Shown: piece by piece, positions 29,180-39,918 of the stretch
Layout: every line of letters begins with the position of its first letter
How positions within the stretch are numbered: the first letter of the stretch is position 1
NCBI GenBank assembly: GCA_015494585.1
Contig: WGAY01000046.1
Span: 1-60,325, forward strand
DNA: 60,325 nucleotides
Origin: Candidatus Omnitrophota bacterium
GTDB taxonomy: Bacteria; Omnitrophota; Gorgyraeia; S143-82
Direction of reading: 5' to 3'
Notes under the pieces: model-generated
The model's input: the letters and a program-made list of their open reading frames with translations, nothing else
Told to the model about the DNA's origin: nothing
Database searches by the model: none
Translations under genes and position numbers: made by a program

Positions 29180-30044
29180 CTGTCTCTGGCCTCACCAGAA
29201 TAGACCTGACCAACTCCAGATCAGAACGGGCCTGACTCTCACTATCCAGGCCAAATCCTGCATACTTAATAGGCCCTGAACGTTCAACTAACTCCCTAAG
29301 GGCAGACCTGATACTATCCTCTAGCTCAAGCTGCCTCAAGGCATCCAAGAATTCTGTATTCGTCATCTCAAGGGCAGGAATACCATAACGATTCTGGATA
29401 TAGTAGCGTAGTATTTCCGTCAATTCATAGTAAAACTGTTTATAGTGGCCTAGTTCTATCAGGGCAGACCTGGACAATTTTGATATACGCTCCTGCGCCA
29501 CCTCCCAATAAGGTCTCACCGGAGAAGATAGCTCTTCTTTATCCTTCTTTTTCAAGAAAATACCTACGCCCAGAAATAGAAAGATTGCTACCAGTAAAAA
29601 AATACCCAAATAACCCCAAGGGAAAGGGACCACTATCATATCCTTTATCCCGCGCATTCTAACCTTGGTAACGTCATTAGGCAAAAGCCCTTTTACATAT
29701 ACCGAGACTGCCGGCACCGGATATTCCTTCCCCTTATAGATAAGCTTTAGTCCCCCCAGTTCTTGTTTCCCCAAAGCAAATACCGTCACTACATATCTCT
29801 TCTCTATTCCCTTCTCGGTCTTTTGACAGGGCATTTCCTGCTTGATCACAAACGGGTAAAACTCATCGTGTGAGGGGAAGACTACATCTAGACAATCCAT
29901 ATCCCCGGAAATATCAATCGCCAAACCAAGATCCTGACCAAGGAGTATTTTATCTTTATCAAAATGGGCGCTAACCTCCAACCCATAGACTAAACCTGTA
30001 GCCACCAATAAAAAAATACCTAATAAGACACACACCCTCTTCAT
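29142..30044 (-). CDS. Signal-peptide/TM protein of the Bat (DUF58-associated, BatD-like N-terminus) cluster type
   Basis: Signal peptide, internal TM helix, C-terminal YYELTEILRYYI...ALEMTNTE typical of genes following DUF58. Confidence 0.7.
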   Translation of the reverse strand: MKRVCVLLGIFLLVATGLVYGLEVSAHFDKDKILLGQDLGLAIDISGDMDCLDVVFPSHDEFYPFVIKQEMPCQKTEKGIEKRYVVTVFALGKQELGGLKLIYKGKEYPVPAVSVYVKGLLPNDVTKVRMRGIKDMIVVPFPWGYLGIFLLVAIFLFLGVGIFLKKKDKEELSSPVRPYWEVAQERISKLSRSALIELGHYKQFYYELTEILRYYIQNRYGIPALEMTNTEFLDALRQLELEDSIRSALRELVERSGPIKYAGFGLDSESQARSDLELVRSILVRPETDGTGDNSSPSNS

Positions 30045-30943
30045 CTACGGCTTTTCCCCCTGTTCTTGAAAAATGAAATCATAGGCACCAACCATCCACT
30101 AGAAGGAGAGACAATAATATAATCTACACCGTACCGTTTAAAACCAGAGAAAAGACGGTCCCTATCTTCCTTAAGGCGGTAATTGACATCGTCAACGAAT
30201 TCCTTCCTATGCGTATTAATCATAAGGGAATTACCGGTCTCCGGATCTTCCAGAAAAAGCCTGCCGACATTATATGGGATAGAGATCTCAAAGTCATCCC
30301 TAATCATCACCGCAATTACATCGTGTCGCCGGCTAAGTATGGCCAGCTCTCTCCAAAAGTCATCCTCACAAAAAAAATCAGAGATAAGGAAGACTATCGC
30401 TCGCTTCTTAAGCACATCAAGAAGATAAGTCAATACCTCTTTCAAATAGGTCCTTTGTGTATTAGCCTGCGCCGTCAGGACTTCCCTTAATATCCTAAGG
30501 ATATGCTGTCTACCACGTCGGGAATGCAATGCTGTATAGACCTTGTCTGCAAATGTAAACAGTGATATTCTGTCATTATTCCTGAGAGAAGAAAACCCCA
30601 GCGCCCCACACACCTCAGCACACAATTCCCTTTTGGTAGGCGTAGAAAGGGAAAAATCCATAGAAGATGAGATGTCCACGGCCAAGGCAATGTTTAACTG
30701 CCTCTCTTCCACAAATTTTTTAGTAAAGGGATGCCCTTGTCTAGCCGTAACGTTCCAGTCGATAAATCTGACATCATCCCCAGGCATATACTCTCGTACC
30801 TCAGCGAATTCAATTCCCCTGCCCTTAAAAACAGAGGTATAGGCCCCGGAAAGGGCCTCATCTACCTTACGCTTGGTCACCACCTCTATATACCTTATTC
30901 GTCTAGTCAATTCCTTAATTTCCATAATCTCATCCCACCTCAC
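30041..30943 (-). CDS. DUF58 domain protein (VWA-like MoxR partner)
   Basis: FKGRGIEFAEVREYMPGDDVRFIDWNVTAR, VDISSSM, LISDF. Start may instead be ATG 30925. Confidence 0.93.
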   Translation of the reverse strand: MRWDEIMEIKELTRRIRYIEVVTKRKVDEALSGAYTSVFKGRGIEFAEVREYMPGDDVRFIDWNVTARQGHPFTKKFVEERQLNIALAVDISSSMDFSLSTPTKRELCAEVCGALGFSSLRNNDRISLFTFADKVYTALHSRRGRQHILRILREVLTAQANTQRTYLKEVLTYLLDVLKKRAIVFLISDFFCEDDFWRELAILSRRHDVIAVMIRDDFEISIPYNVGRLFLEDPETGNSLMINTHRKEFVDDVNYRLKEDRDRLFSGFKRYGVDYIIVSPSSGWLVPMISFFKNRGKSRR

Positions 30944-32043
30944 AACCCTCTTTCAGGGATATCTAGGAATTTTTTTGGTGTACGAGTAATCTCGTTCTTT
31001 ATTTTATCATAATTTCTATCCATAATTTCTTTTACTTCCCTGCTCTTTGGGGCACGACATAGATACAGACAGGCATGGGTTAAATTAAATTCCGCCTCAG
31101 GCATACCAATTACATTGATGGCATAGAAACAGTCCACAGCCACCCGCAGGGCATTAGAATCGGCAAGACCTATATCCTCTGAGGCAAAGATAACCATCCT
31201 TCTGGCAATAAAGCGTGGATCCTCCCCAGAATAAAGCATCTTGGAAAGCCAATACAGGGCCGCATCCTCATCAGATGCGCGCATGGCCTTTATAAAAGAA
31301 GAAATCGTGTCATAGTGTTGATTAGACTTTCTATCATAGTAAACGGTCTTCCTCTGGAGTACCGCACTTACATCTTTAAGTCCTACCTTCTCCACCCCAG
31401 AGACAGCCAATTCGAGAATAGCATAAGCCTTCCGCATATCACCATCTGATGCCTTTGCTATTGCTAGAAGGGCATCATCCTCCACATAGACCTTTCCTCC
31501 AAGGCCTCTGTCATCCACTATTGCCTTCCTTAACCCAGCCAACACATCATCAAGGGAGAGACGTTTGAGTTCTATCAATATACAACGAGAATTTATCGCT
31601 GGCACCAAGGCAAATAAGGGATTCTCTATGCTTGCACCGACGAAAACCACTGCACCATTCTCTATAAACGGCAGCATAACCTCCTGTTGATTCGAACTGA
31701 ACCGGTGTATCTCATCTACAAACAACATCGTCCGCCTGCCTGCCTCAAAGCGGTTTTTAGCTGATATCAGTATCTGACGAAGCTCCTTTACATTGGACAT
31801 CACTGCATTGATATAGATAAACTTCATCTTCAGGTGCCGTGCCAGGATAAGGGCAAAGGTAGTCTTACCCGTACCAGGAGGTCCGTAGATCACCATTGAA
31901 GGTGGAGTATCAAGCCGAATAAGCTTATCTAGGAAACCAGTGTCAAATAGATGTCGTTGTCCAATAAATTCATCAAACGATTTAGGCCGCATTCTAACAG
32001 CCAAAGGAAACTTCTTAGGCCTGTTTGTCTCGAATAACTCCAT
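30940..32043 (-). CDS. rarA: Replication-associated recombination protein A (AAA+), C-terminally shortened
   Basis: PLAVRMRP, GPPGTGKT, DEIHRF, ASEDIGLAD, IGMPEA. Confidence 0.93.
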   Translation of the reverse strand: MELFETNRPKKFPLAVRMRPKSFDEFIGQRHLFDTGFLDKLIRLDTPPSMVIYGPPGTGKTTFALILARHLKMKFIYINAVMSNVKELRQILISAKNRFEAGRRTMLFVDEIHRFSSNQQEVMLPFIENGAVVFVGASIENPLFALVPAINSRCILIELKRLSLDDVLAGLRKAIVDDRGLGGKVYVEDDALLAIAKASDGDMRKAYAILELAVSGVEKVGLKDVSAVLQRKTVYYDRKSNQHYDTISSFIKAMRASDEDAALYWLSKMLYSGEDPRFIARRMVIFASEDIGLADSNALRVAVDCFYAINVIGMPEAEFNLTHACLYLCRAPKSREVKEIMDRNYDKIKNEITRTPKKFLDIPERGL

Positions 32044-32929
32044 GCGCAACACCGACTAATTCATCCCAGGAAAGGCCGTTATCCTCTAGGTATTTCACCA
32101 CCTCAGCCAAGATCGCCCTGGCCCCATCTCGCCTGTGGTATAGGAACGAGCCTATCCCAACCACCCTCGCCCCTGCCATTGCCATAGCAAGGGCCGCATC
32201 AGCGCAGTAGACTCCTCCTATCCCCAATATCGGTAAAGAGACCGTCCTATAGACATCCCATACCCGCTTAAGTGCCAGGTGGAATATGGCAGGGCCACTT
32301 ACCCCCGCTACCACCCTATCGAATACAGGCCTCCTGGATTTGACATCTATAGCTACTCCCTGAAACGTATTTGCTACCGCCACTCCATCCGCACCAGCCG
32401 ATGCCACTAGTTTAGCATATTCATCAATAAATGCCACATCAGGAGAGAGTTTGGCCACAATATGACAATTAAAAAGGCGCCTGGCCGCCTTTATAATCTT
32501 AAAGATCAGATCTCCATCCTGGGCCACCAATCCACGGGAATTATGTCTGACATTGGGACAGGATAGATTAAGCTCAATCGCCCATAAATCTAGCCCAGCA
32601 AGCCGATTAAAACCCTGCAACTCATCTACAGAATGTACGCTGATGCTTACCATATATGGTATTGGCAAGCCCTCTAATCTGGGTAATGTCTCTTTCATAA
32701 ATACGTCCATCCCTTCATTCGCTAGACCAATAGAATTCATCATCCCGCAAGGGATATCATAGACACGCACACCCTGGTTTCCAGTACGCGGTTTTAGAGT
32801 TATCGTCTTCAACACCACAAAACCAAAGTCCTCTAGCCCTAACTGGCCTGCCAACAATTCATCTACACCGACTATTCCCGAGGGGATAAACAATGGCGAG
32901 CTAAGTCTGCGACCAAACAACTCTAACAT
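32015..32929 (-). CDS. pyrD: Dihydroorotate dehydrogenase B, catalytic subunit
   Basis: NSIGLANEG, ELNLSCPN, KLSPDV, GVSGPAI. Start after GGAGG. Confidence 0.92.
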   Translation of the reverse strand: MLELFGRRLSSPLFIPSGIVGVDELLAGQLGLEDFGFVVLKTITLKPRTGNQGVRVYDIPCGMMNSIGLANEGMDVFMKETLPRLEGLPIPYMVSISVHSVDELQGFNRLAGLDLWAIELNLSCPNVRHNSRGLVAQDGDLIFKIIKAARRLFNCHIVAKLSPDVAFIDEYAKLVASAGADGVAVANTFQGVAIDVKSRRPVFDRVVAGVSGPAIFHLALKRVWDVYRTVSLPILGIGGVYCADAALAMAMAGARVVGIGSFLYHRRDGARAILAEVVKYLEDNGLSWDELVGVAHGVIRDKQA

Positions 32930-33648
32930 AATACCTCCACTACTGGCCCCTCCCTGCATACATAGATCCCCCTACCATCGAACTCCACATAACAGCCCTT
33001 ACACCCCCCCCAACCACATCCCATATTTGCCTCCAAGGAAAACTGTGCAATCACCCCTGAACCCTTCTTCTCCTTCAGCCTTCCAAGCACTGTCTCCATC
33101 ATAGGAATCGGCCCACAGACATAACATATATCAAAATCATATTCATCTATGAAATCACTTACTATCCCCGCCTCTCCTGTAGATCCATCTTCACTGACTA
33201 TCCGCGCCTCAATCACAAGTCCAAGCCTTTTAATGGCATCAACATAAGTTCCGTCCCTTACTCCCCAGATGAAATCGAAATCAATAGTAGTTTTCTTTAG
33301 TTGATCGGCCAGAAAATATAGCGGGGCCAGGCCCATACCACCAGCCACCAATAATGCCTTTCTAGAAGGATACAGTTTAAAACCGTTGCCAAATGGACCA
33401 TCTAAAAAGAGGCAATCCGCAGTGGATATGGCATAAGTCCCCCTTCCCTTCAACCTTATAAGAAAAGATAGCTTGCGGCCATTGTAAGAAAACACACTTA
33501 TAGGACGCGCCAGGAATATATCCATCCTGTCAACAGGACGCAACTGAAAAAACTGACCTGGCAATATAGTTGTTGCATCGTATTCAACCGAAAGCAGAAT
33601 GAGGCCCTCCGCTATTTGCCTCTCACTGACCTTCAATCCAAGTCCCAT
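32923..33648 (-). CDS. pyrK: Dihydroorotate dehydrogenase electron transfer subunit
   Basis: RPIS, GPFGNGF, AGGMGLAP, CGPIPMM and 2Fe-2S motif MGCGWGGCKGC...VCREGPV. Confidence 0.92.
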   Translation of the reverse strand: MGLGLKVSERQIAEGLILLSVEYDATTILPGQFFQLRPVDRMDIFLARPISVFSYNGRKLSFLIRLKGRGTYAISTADCLFLDGPFGNGFKLYPSRKALLVAGGMGLAPLYFLADQLKKTTIDFDFIWGVRDGTYVDAIKRLGLVIEARIVSEDGSTGEAGIVSDFIDEYDFDICYVCGPIPMMETVLGRLKEKKGSGVIAQFSLEANMGCGWGGCKGCYVEFDGRGIYVCREGPVVEVLC

Positions 33649-34713
33649 CTAATCCTTGACCTCCTTCAGGGCGTCAACCTCCTCGAGTAAGGCCTGCATA
33701 ATATCTGATTCCTTCACACGTCTCAAGGCCCGTCCGTTTCTGAATATTATCGCATATCCTTTGGCGCAGGCAACACCGATATCCGCATCCATTGCCTCCC
33801 CAGGGCCATTGACTTCACAGCCCATCACCGCAATCCTAGAAATGTGACTGAACCTATCCGGAAATTCCTCAACCAACCCTTTTAGCTCTTGTACCAGAGG
33901 CTTTGCGTCTACATAGGCCCTGCCACAGGTGGGACAAGCAATTATATCGACGCCCTGTCCCATACCCAAAAACCTCAAGATACTCCGTCCCAGCTTAACC
34001 TCCTCCATAGGCGGTCCAGAAAGGGAAACCCTCAGGGTATCGCCTATCCCCCTCGAAAGAAGGGCACCTATACCAATACTCGACTTCACAATTCCTGATT
34101 CCATATCACCAGTAGCAGTTACCCCAATATGCAGAGGATAATCACTCACATTGCGAAACATCTCATTGGCCCGTATAGTAGTCATCACATCCGATGACTT
34201 AAGGGAGACCTTTATATTGAAAAATCCCCTGTCCTCGAGTAACGAAATATAACGCTGAGCCGCCTTAACCATTGCATCTGCAGCAGGCATATCGGCTAGG
34301 CCTTCGGGAAGAGAACCCGAGTTTATGCCCACCCTTATCACCAAAGAAGGGTTAAAATCCTCCACCGCCTTAAGTATCTCCTTTATCCTGCGCCCATCTG
34401 AGATATTGCCAGGGTTGAGACGAATACCAGCACAACCCGCCTTAATTGCCTCTATAGCAAGCCTGTAGTTAAAGTGTATATCCGCCACTATAGGGACATC
34501 GAATTCCTTTACCACCCTGGCAAGGCTAGGTACATCCTCATTAAATTTTACAGACACCCTGATCACATCAGCACCAGCTACTATAAGCTGTCTTATCTGC
34601 ATAGCCAGCGCAGGATAATCACGGGTCGGTAATTTGGTCATGGTCTGCACACTGATTGCAGAACCACCCCCTATAGGCAGATTCTTAAGGTATATTTTCC
34701 TCGACAGCATCAT
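33649..34713 (-). CDS. ispG: (E)-4-hydroxy-3-methylbut-2-enyl-diphosphate synthase
   Basis: ADIHF, RLNPGNI, GIGDTLRVSL, CPTCGR, MGCEVNGPGE. Confidence 0.96.
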   Translation of the reverse strand: MMLSRKIYLKNLPIGGGSAISVQTMTKLPTRDYPALAMQIRQLIVAGADVIRVSVKFNEDVPSLARVVKEFDVPIVADIHFNYRLAIEAIKAGCAGIRLNPGNISDGRRIKEILKAVEDFNPSLVIRVGINSGSLPEGLADMPAADAMVKAAQRYISLLEDRGFFNIKVSLKSSDVMTTIRANEMFRNVSDYPLHIGVTATGDMESGIVKSSIGIGALLSRGIGDTLRVSLSGPPMEEVKLGRSILRFLGMGQGVDIIACPTCGRAYVDAKPLVQELKGLVEEFPDRFSHISRIAVMGCEVNGPGEAMDADIGVACAKGYAIIFRNGRALRRVKESDIMQALLEEVDALKEVKD

Positions 34714-35854
34714 TGAGAGACAAATCGTTTATAGAGTTAATAGTATTTATACCATTTATAAGACTACCTGCACCAAAGTTGTGATGTCTTAGCTTGCGGA
34801 TATCGTTGTAAAAGACAAAGGCCATTAAGATAATCAAGAGACTAAGGCCTGCCTTTGACAAGTAATCATAAAATCTATCCGGTACAGGCCTGCCTAATAT
34901 GGCCTCAATAGCAAAGAAGAGCAGGTGGCCACCATCGAGCACAGGTATAGGTAGAAGGTTAAAGACAGCCAGGCTTATACTCAATGTCGCCAGCACCATC
35001 AATAGGACATTTATCCCTAAGGTCCTGGCCTTGGAAGTAACCTCATATATCCCTATAGGACCTGCCACAGCCTCTCTTATCTGCTTATTACCAGTTACCA
35101 ATAGATAAATGGACTCCAGCACCATCCCCGTCGTTTGACGTACACGCATAAAGGCCTTTTCAGCCGCCCCCAAAAATGAAAATCGAACCGTCTCATAGGC
35201 CGACATATCCGGCATAACCCCAATTAGTCCCACCTTCTCCTTTTGTCCAAAGACATTCCTAACCTCTCTCTCCTGAGGAATCAGCCGTATAGTAATCTCC
35301 TTATCATTCCTCAAAACAAGGAGAGAGACCTGCCTACCAGCCCTACCTCTAATATAATCCGAAAGCTCATCCCATAGGTCTATCTTATGCCCGTCAATGG
35401 ACAGTATCCTATCACCAGGCATAACCCCGGCCTTTTGAGCACTTGAACCATCCAATACCTTCCCTATAATCGGCAACAATTCGGGTGCACCAGAAAGATA
35501 CACCCAGAACAACAAGAGAAAACCAGTGAGGTAATTCACAAGGGGACCAGCAGAGACAACTACCGCCCTCTGCCACAGGGGCTTGGAAACAAACTCCCCT
35601 GGTAGGCCCTTGCTTTCAGCGTAGCTTTCTCCTTCCATCTCAACAAAGCCACCTAAAGGGATAGCAGATACAACATATTCAGTACCCTTTTTATCCGTCC
35701 CAAGTCCAAATATTACCCTTCCAAAACCAATAGAGAACCGCTTCACCTTAACCCCAAAGAGTCGGGCAAAGAAAAAATGCCCCAGCTCATGGACCAGGAT
35801 TAAGACCCCCAAAGAAATCAAAAACACAACTAGATTTAAAACAGTAGTCAACAC
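34685..35854 (-). CDS. rseP: RIP metalloprotease RseP
   Basis: HELGH, PDZ domain, NLLPIPVLDGGH. Confidence 0.95.
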   Translation of the reverse strand: MLTTVLNLVVFLISLGVLILVHELGHFFFARLFGVKVKRFSIGFGRVIFGLGTDKKGTEYVVSAIPLGGFVEMEGESYAESKGLPGEFVSKPLWQRAVVVSAGPLVNYLTGFLLLFWVYLSGAPELLPIIGKVLDGSSAQKAGVMPGDRILSIDGHKIDLWDELSDYIRGRAGRQVSLLVLRNDKEITIRLIPQEREVRNVFGQKEKVGLIGVMPDMSAYETVRFSFLGAAEKAFMRVRQTTGMVLESIYLLVTGNKQIREAVAGPIGIYEVTSKARTLGINVLLMVLATLSISLAVFNLLPIPVLDGGHLLFFAIEAILGRPVPDRFYDYLSKAGLSLLIILMAFVFYNDIRKLRHHNFGAGSLINGINTINSINDLSLNDAVEENIP

Positions 35855-36008
35855 ATCAAACCTTTCTATGCTAGATTGTAAATCAACCCTTCCTTCTCAA
35901 ATATAAAGACAAACCTATCATACAATGTGCTGCTATAAATATACTATAATAATTCAAATCTATTGCATTATATCACAAAATAAGCTCTATATTATACACT
36001 CAAGGTTA

Positions 36009-36083
36009 TGGTGCCCCTGGCAGGACTCGAACCTGCGCTCCAGGCTCCGGAGGCCTGTGCTCTATCCCCTGAGCTACAGGGGC
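36009..36083 (-). tRNA. tRNA-Arg(CCG), CCA encoded
   Basis: Reverse complement GCCCCTG...CAGGC-CT-CCG-GA-GCCTG...GGTTCGAGTCC...CAGGGGC-ACCA. Confidence 0.95.
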
Positions 36084-36688
36084 AAGAAATTTAAAGATAT
36101 AAGATAATCCTTAATCACCCGTCTTGCCTTCCTCAATGCCCTTCTTCTGTGACTTATTTTATCCTTTTCTCTACTTGAAAGCTGGGCAAAGGTCTTATCA
36201 TAACCGTAAGGCACAAATACAGGATCATAACCAAATCCATTTTTGCCCTTTGGCCTGAAGGCAATTTTTCCCCTGACCTGGCCGCTAACCAGGCCTATAA
36301 GACCATTCCTATCGGCCAGAGCTATATAACATACAAACCTGGCCCTTCTGTCTGGTTTATCCACCAACAAGTCCAGCAGTTTCCTATTATTGTCTTCATC
36401 GCTCTTGTGCTCCCCTGCGAACCTCGCAGAGTAGACTCCTGGCTTGCCGCCCAAGCTAAATACCTCAAGGCCTGAATCATCGGCCAGACAGAGAAGGCCT
36501 GTCTTCGCTGCAACCACCACGGCCTTCTTGACCGCATTACCCTGAAATGTATCGGTATCCTCCTCTATCTCGGGGATGGATTGGTCCACATCATCAAGGC
36601 TGCAAACTTCTAGGCCCAAAGCCTCACCTAATATCCGAGATATCTCTTCTACCTTTTTACCATTCCTTGAAGCTATCACCAATTTCAT
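36074..36688 (-). CDS. rdgB: XTP/dITP diphosphatase (Ham1 family)
   Basis: ADDSGLEV, PGVYSAR, GFGYDPVF, SHR. Confidence 0.95.
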   Translation of the reverse strand: MKLVIASRNGKKVEEISRILGEALGLEVCSLDDVDQSIPEIEEDTDTFQGNAVKKAVVVAAKTGLLCLADDSGLEVFSLGGKPGVYSARFAGEHKSDEDNNRKLLDLLVDKPDRRARFVCYIALADRNGLIGLVSGQVRGKIAFRPKGKNGFGYDPVFVPYGYDKTFAQLSSREKDKISHRRRALRKARRVIKDYLISLNFLPL

Positions 36689-36713
36689 AACCTAGTTCTC
36701 TTCTTTCCGTATA

Positions 36714-37478
36714 TCAATCCAGCCTCTCTACCTTACAGGACACAAAATAGGAACTTATTGCCGCAGAAAAGGCAGAGGCCGTCTCGACCCTGAGGATGAA
36801 ATCCCCCAGACTAATCGGCTCTGCACCCCTTGCCAGGGCATAATCCAGCTCGGCCTCAGAAAAATCCCCTTCAGGCCCTATCATAATAACAATATATTCA
36901 AATTCTGACAAATCTTTATTGTGAAGGGCGTCAAAGAGGTGAGGGGCCCTGGCTCGCGCACCAAGGTTAGGAAGGAGTAACAAGGTCTTCTCCTTCTGGC
37001 TAAATACATCAACCACATCCGAAAACAGGGTAACCTTCCCTATTTCCGGCAAGAACAGATTCTCGCATTGTTTGCATACCTCTATAGCCTTCCTCTGCCA
37101 GCGCCCTTTGGACTGCCCGACCTCCAACCTGGCGACGGTCCGATCACAAAGCATAGGCAGGAGCAAATCTATGCCAAACTCGGCCGAGGACTCTACCACC
37201 CTATCAAATCTATTAGCCCCTATCAGAGAACAGGCTATAACAAACTTTGGACCAGACCGTTCTGCCCTAAATATATCCGTTACCTCAAGGGTCGCCCTAT
37301 CTTTCTCAATCTCATTTAATCTGCACAAATACTGCCAGCCCCTGCCATTAAGCACTCCGACCATTTCTCCTGGACTGACTCGCCTGACATAGAGATGATG
37401 CAATTCAGCTTCATCGGTTATCTCTATCTTATTCCCTCTGGATAGGCCTTCAAGCGAGCTAACGAATAGGCGTACCAT
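36714..37478 (-). CDS. rsmE: 16S rRNA m3U1498 methyltransferase
   Basis: IGPEGDFS and LGDFILRVETA SPOUT motifs. Confidence 0.92.
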   Translation of the reverse strand: MVRLFVSSLEGLSRGNKIEITDEAELHHLYVRRVSPGEMVGVLNGRGWQYLCRLNEIEKDRATLEVTDIFRAERSGPKFVIACSLIGANRFDRVVESSAEFGIDLLLPMLCDRTVARLEVGQSKGRWQRKAIEVCKQCENLFLPEIGKVTLFSDVVDVFSQKEKTLLLLPNLGARARAPHLFDALHNKDLSEFEYIVIMIGPEGDFSEAELDYALARGAEPISLGDFILRVETASAFSAAISSYFVSCKVERLD

Positions 37479-38163
37479 CTATCTCTTCCACCTCCAGGTA
37501 ATTAAAGTCCCCTATATCGCTCTTGATCCTACCCGTCTCAAGGACTTCTATGACCTTCAATTCCCTGACTTCATCTCCTATTCTACACCTCCAATGCCCT
37601 GGCACCCCCCACAACCTCTTGCGGTACATAGAAAATACCTCCAAAAATCCCCTAGCCAGGGTCCTATCAATCCAGTCTAATAACAAAAAAAACCCTTCAT
37701 AGGTATTGCTCAGCATATCTGTCAAATCCCCTATTCTGATCGCTGACCTCTCCAGAGATGATAGATCATTAAATAAATTTAGACCAATCCCACACGCATA
37801 TATTCCAGGCTGAATAGACTCTATCAGAATTCCACCCAATTTGGCTCCAGCATAAAATATATCATTAGGCCACTTTATTTGTGCATCTATCTCTATCTCT
37901 TTGAGAAAATCTATAATAGCAACCGCCAGATAGAAACCTATCTGGTGTGCCATCTCTTCTTTCCAATCAATAAGAAAAGAGAGGTATATACCACCCTCCT
38001 TAGAGTCCCAGCTCCGGGAAAATCTCCCCCTGCCTGCATCTTGTCGGCGGGCCACACACACATCGCCACTAGATAGCCACCCATTCAAAAAGGCTTCTTT
38101 TATCCAATCCTGCGTAGAGACAAGCCTATCAAAATAATATAGTCTATTTCCTACCCTTGGCAT
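37459..38163 (-). CDS. birA: Biotin--protein ligase (no HTH domain)
   Basis: QDAGRGRFSRSW, KWPNDI, KLGGILIE. Confidence 0.92.
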   Translation of the reverse strand: MPRVGNRLYYFDRLVSTQDWIKEAFLNGWLSSGDVCVARRQDAGRGRFSRSWDSKEGGIYLSFLIDWKEEMAHQIGFYLAVAIIDFLKEIEIDAQIKWPNDIFYAGAKLGGILIESIQPGIYACGIGLNLFNDLSSLERSAIRIGDLTDMLSNTYEGFFLLLDWIDRTLARGFLEVFSMYRKRLWGVPGHWRCRIGDEVRELKVIEVLETGRIKSDIGDFNYLEVEEIDGTPIR

Positions 38164-39403
38164 AATCTGCCAACACCTGCGACAGATCCATATCCTTTAA
38201 GTCAATCACCCGAATCTCTCCTGAAGCCCTGCTCTTTATCTCGACCTTATTGTCAGTTGCCTTCTTTCCAACAATAATCTGAATCGGTATCCCTATAAGG
38301 TCAGCGTCATTAAACTTTACTCCGGCCCTCAGGTCCCTATCGTCCCACAAAACAGAAACACCCTCCTGCCCAAGCTGTTCGTATATCTGACTTGAGACCT
38401 CCATCATCGCAGCATCCGAAGGATTCAGGGTAACCAGAAGCACATCAAATGGGGAGATCTCCTCTGGCCAGATAATACCTTTCTCGTCGTTGTGCTGCTC
38501 TATAATCGCAGATATAAGCCTGCTAACACCTATCCCGTAACAGCCCATAATAACGGGCTTGCTCTTCCCATCCCTATCCAGGAAGTAGAGATTCATTGAT
38601 TCACTGTACTTAGTTCCCAGTTTAAATATGTGTCCTACCTCTATTGCCGGCAATATCTCCACTTCCCCTGCCCCGCAAGAAATACAGGACTGAGCCGTCT
38701 CCTCCCCACCAAACCTTGCCCCGCATTTTTTACAGATAATCAATTTATCCTCCCCACAGGGCGCCGGCACCAGAAATTCAGCCGACTCACTGCCCCCCAT
38801 AACACCTGTATCTGCCTGTATAGCCGCAAAATCAAGCCCCATTCGTGAGAATATACGATTATAGGCATCAAACATAGCCGAATAAGACCTATCCAATCCC
38901 TCCTCGTCAACATCAAAGCTGTAGGCATCCTTCATAATGAATTCACAACAACGGATCAGACCAAACCTGGGCCTCAGTTCATCCCTAAACTTTGTTTGTA
39001 TCTGATAGAGAATAACCGGCAGATCCCTGTAAGAACGTATATCCTGCCTTGCCAGAAAGGTTATCACCTCTTCATGAGTAGGGCCAAGCGCTAGTCGTCT
39101 GCCCTTTCTATCCTCAAACCGTATCATAACATCGCCAATGACCTCATCTCGTCCCGACTCCTGCCACAATTCCACCGGCTGGATGGCCGAAAGCAAGACC
39201 TCCTGCCCACCGGCTGCATCCATCTCCTCACGAATAATCGATTCTATCCTTCTCAATACTCTCAACCCCATAGGCATATACAGATAAACGCCGGCTATCA
39301 GCATCCTGACCAGGCCTGCCCTCAACATCAGCTTATGACTGGTTATTTGTGCATCCTGGGGTGCTTCTTTAAGTGTGGGCAAGTGATAGGAAGACCACCT
39401 CAT
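38144..39403 (-). CDS. proS: Proline--tRNA ligase, short form lacking the editing domain
   Basis: [37 protein letters not shown]. Confidence 0.97.
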   Translation of the reverse strand: MRWSSYHLPTLKEAPQDAQITSHKLMLRAGLVRMLIAGVYLYMPMGLRVLRRIESIIREEMDAAGGQEVLLSAIQPVELWQESGRDEVIGDVMIRFEDRKGRRLALGPTHEEVITFLARQDIRSYRDLPVILYQIQTKFRDELRPRFGLIRCCEFIMKDAYSFDVDEEGLDRSYSAMFDAYNRIFSRMGLDFAAIQADTGVMGGSESAEFLVPAPCGEDKLIICKKCGARFGGEETAQSCISCGAGEVEILPAIEVGHIFKLGTKYSESMNLYFLDRDGKSKPVIMGCYGIGVSRLISAIIEQHNDEKGIIWPEEISPFDVLLVTLNPSDAAMMEVSSQIYEQLGQEGVSVLWDDRDLRAGVKFNDADLIGIPIQIIVGKKATDNKVEIKSRASGEIRVIDLKDMDLSQVLADYAKGRK

Positions 39404-39888
39404 TTTCCTCCTCCCTTTTTTGCCTTGGCCTGAGTGCTTATAAGTTGCTCAAGTTCTTTCATAAATTCCCTGACATCCTTAAACTGTCTGTAGACAGAGG
39501 CAAACCTGACATATGCAACATCATCCAGCCTCGACAATCCATCCATCACCTTCTCCCCTATTGCCTCTGCCTGTATCTCAGTATCATAACCAGCACGGAT
39601 GTCCTTCTCAATAGAATCTACCAGTTTTTCTATCTGTTCTATAGATACAGGCCTTTTCTCACAGGCCTTTATTATTCCATTCAGTATCTTGTTCCTGTCA
39701 AATATCTCCCTGCGGCCATCGCGTTTTACCACGAATAAAGGAACATCCTCTATATGTTCATAAGTAGTAAACCGCTTGCCGCATCCCATACACTCCCTGC
39801 GCCTGCGAATGACTGCGCCGTCTTCTGATTCCCTTGAATCAACTACTTTATCCGTCTTATGCCCGCAAAAAGGACATCTCATAAACAA
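39400..39888 (-). CDS. nrdR: Transcriptional repressor NrdR
   Basis: MRCPFC, RRRREC, ATP-cone, AYVRFASVY. Confidence 0.97.
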   Translation of the reverse strand: MFMRCPFCGHKTDKVVDSRESEDGAVIRRRRECMGCGKRFTTYEHIEDVPLFVVKRDGRREIFDRNKILNGIIKACEKRPVSIEQIEKLVDSIEKDIRAGYDTEIQAEAIGEKVMDGLSRLDDVAYVRFASVYRQFKDVREFMKELEQLISTQAKAKKGGGK

Positions 39889-39918
39889 ATCCTCCGTATA
39901 AAAATAACAATGTAAGGA

